Below are positions 31,995 through 32,000 of a stretch of 32,000 nucleotides of DNA, one piece after another; the stretch's first letter is position 1; every line of letters begins with the position of its first letter. A model generated the notes under the pieces. The model was not told where the DNA came from. It saw only the letters and a program-made list of their open reading frames with translations, and ran no database searches. The translations under genes and the position numbers were made by a program. Source of the stretch: Wolbachia endosymbiont of Onchocerca ochengi (GTDB taxonomy: Bacteria; Pseudomonadota; Alphaproteobacteria; Rickettsiales; Anaplasmataceae); assembly GCF_000306885.1 (NCBI RefSeq), contig NC_018267.1:510001-542000 (forward strand), read 5' to 3'.

Positions 31995-32000
31995 ATAACA

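Overview
This 32 kb window is AT-rich and looks like an alphaproteobacterial Rickettsiales genome, most consistent with Wolbachia. That assignment comes from the protein repertoire and style; I ran no search. Most of it is core housekeeping sequence: an AsmA/YhdP-like protein (5' truncated by the window edge), tatC, gap, typA/bipA, prfB, mgtE, pdhB, dnaJ, tRNA-Arg(ACG), a cckA-like hybrid histidine kinase, hemF, pyrF, valS, a small hypothetical membrane protein, a dacA/dacC-like D,D-carboxypeptidase, pheT, dcd and an RDD-family protein. The cleanest sequence-level observation is that the prfB ORF supplied (5727..6581) is incomplete. The full gene runs 6831->5727 on the minus strand, with a canonical +1 programmed frameshift site (AGG AGG TGT CTT TGA C). 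The large gaps (about 9.36-12.04, 17.33-18.62, 19.33-20.57, 23.87-25.29 and 28.96-30.67 kb) contain decayed gene fragments. One is a coiled-coil gene broken by several frameshifts and stops; another is a region with two divergent copies of a short segment. I found no CRISPR array, intact mobile element, toxin-antitoxin or phage module, and no convincing new biological system. The most interesting items are modest: the recoding site, decayed genes, an orphan membrane protein and a GAPDH cofactor-loop substitution.
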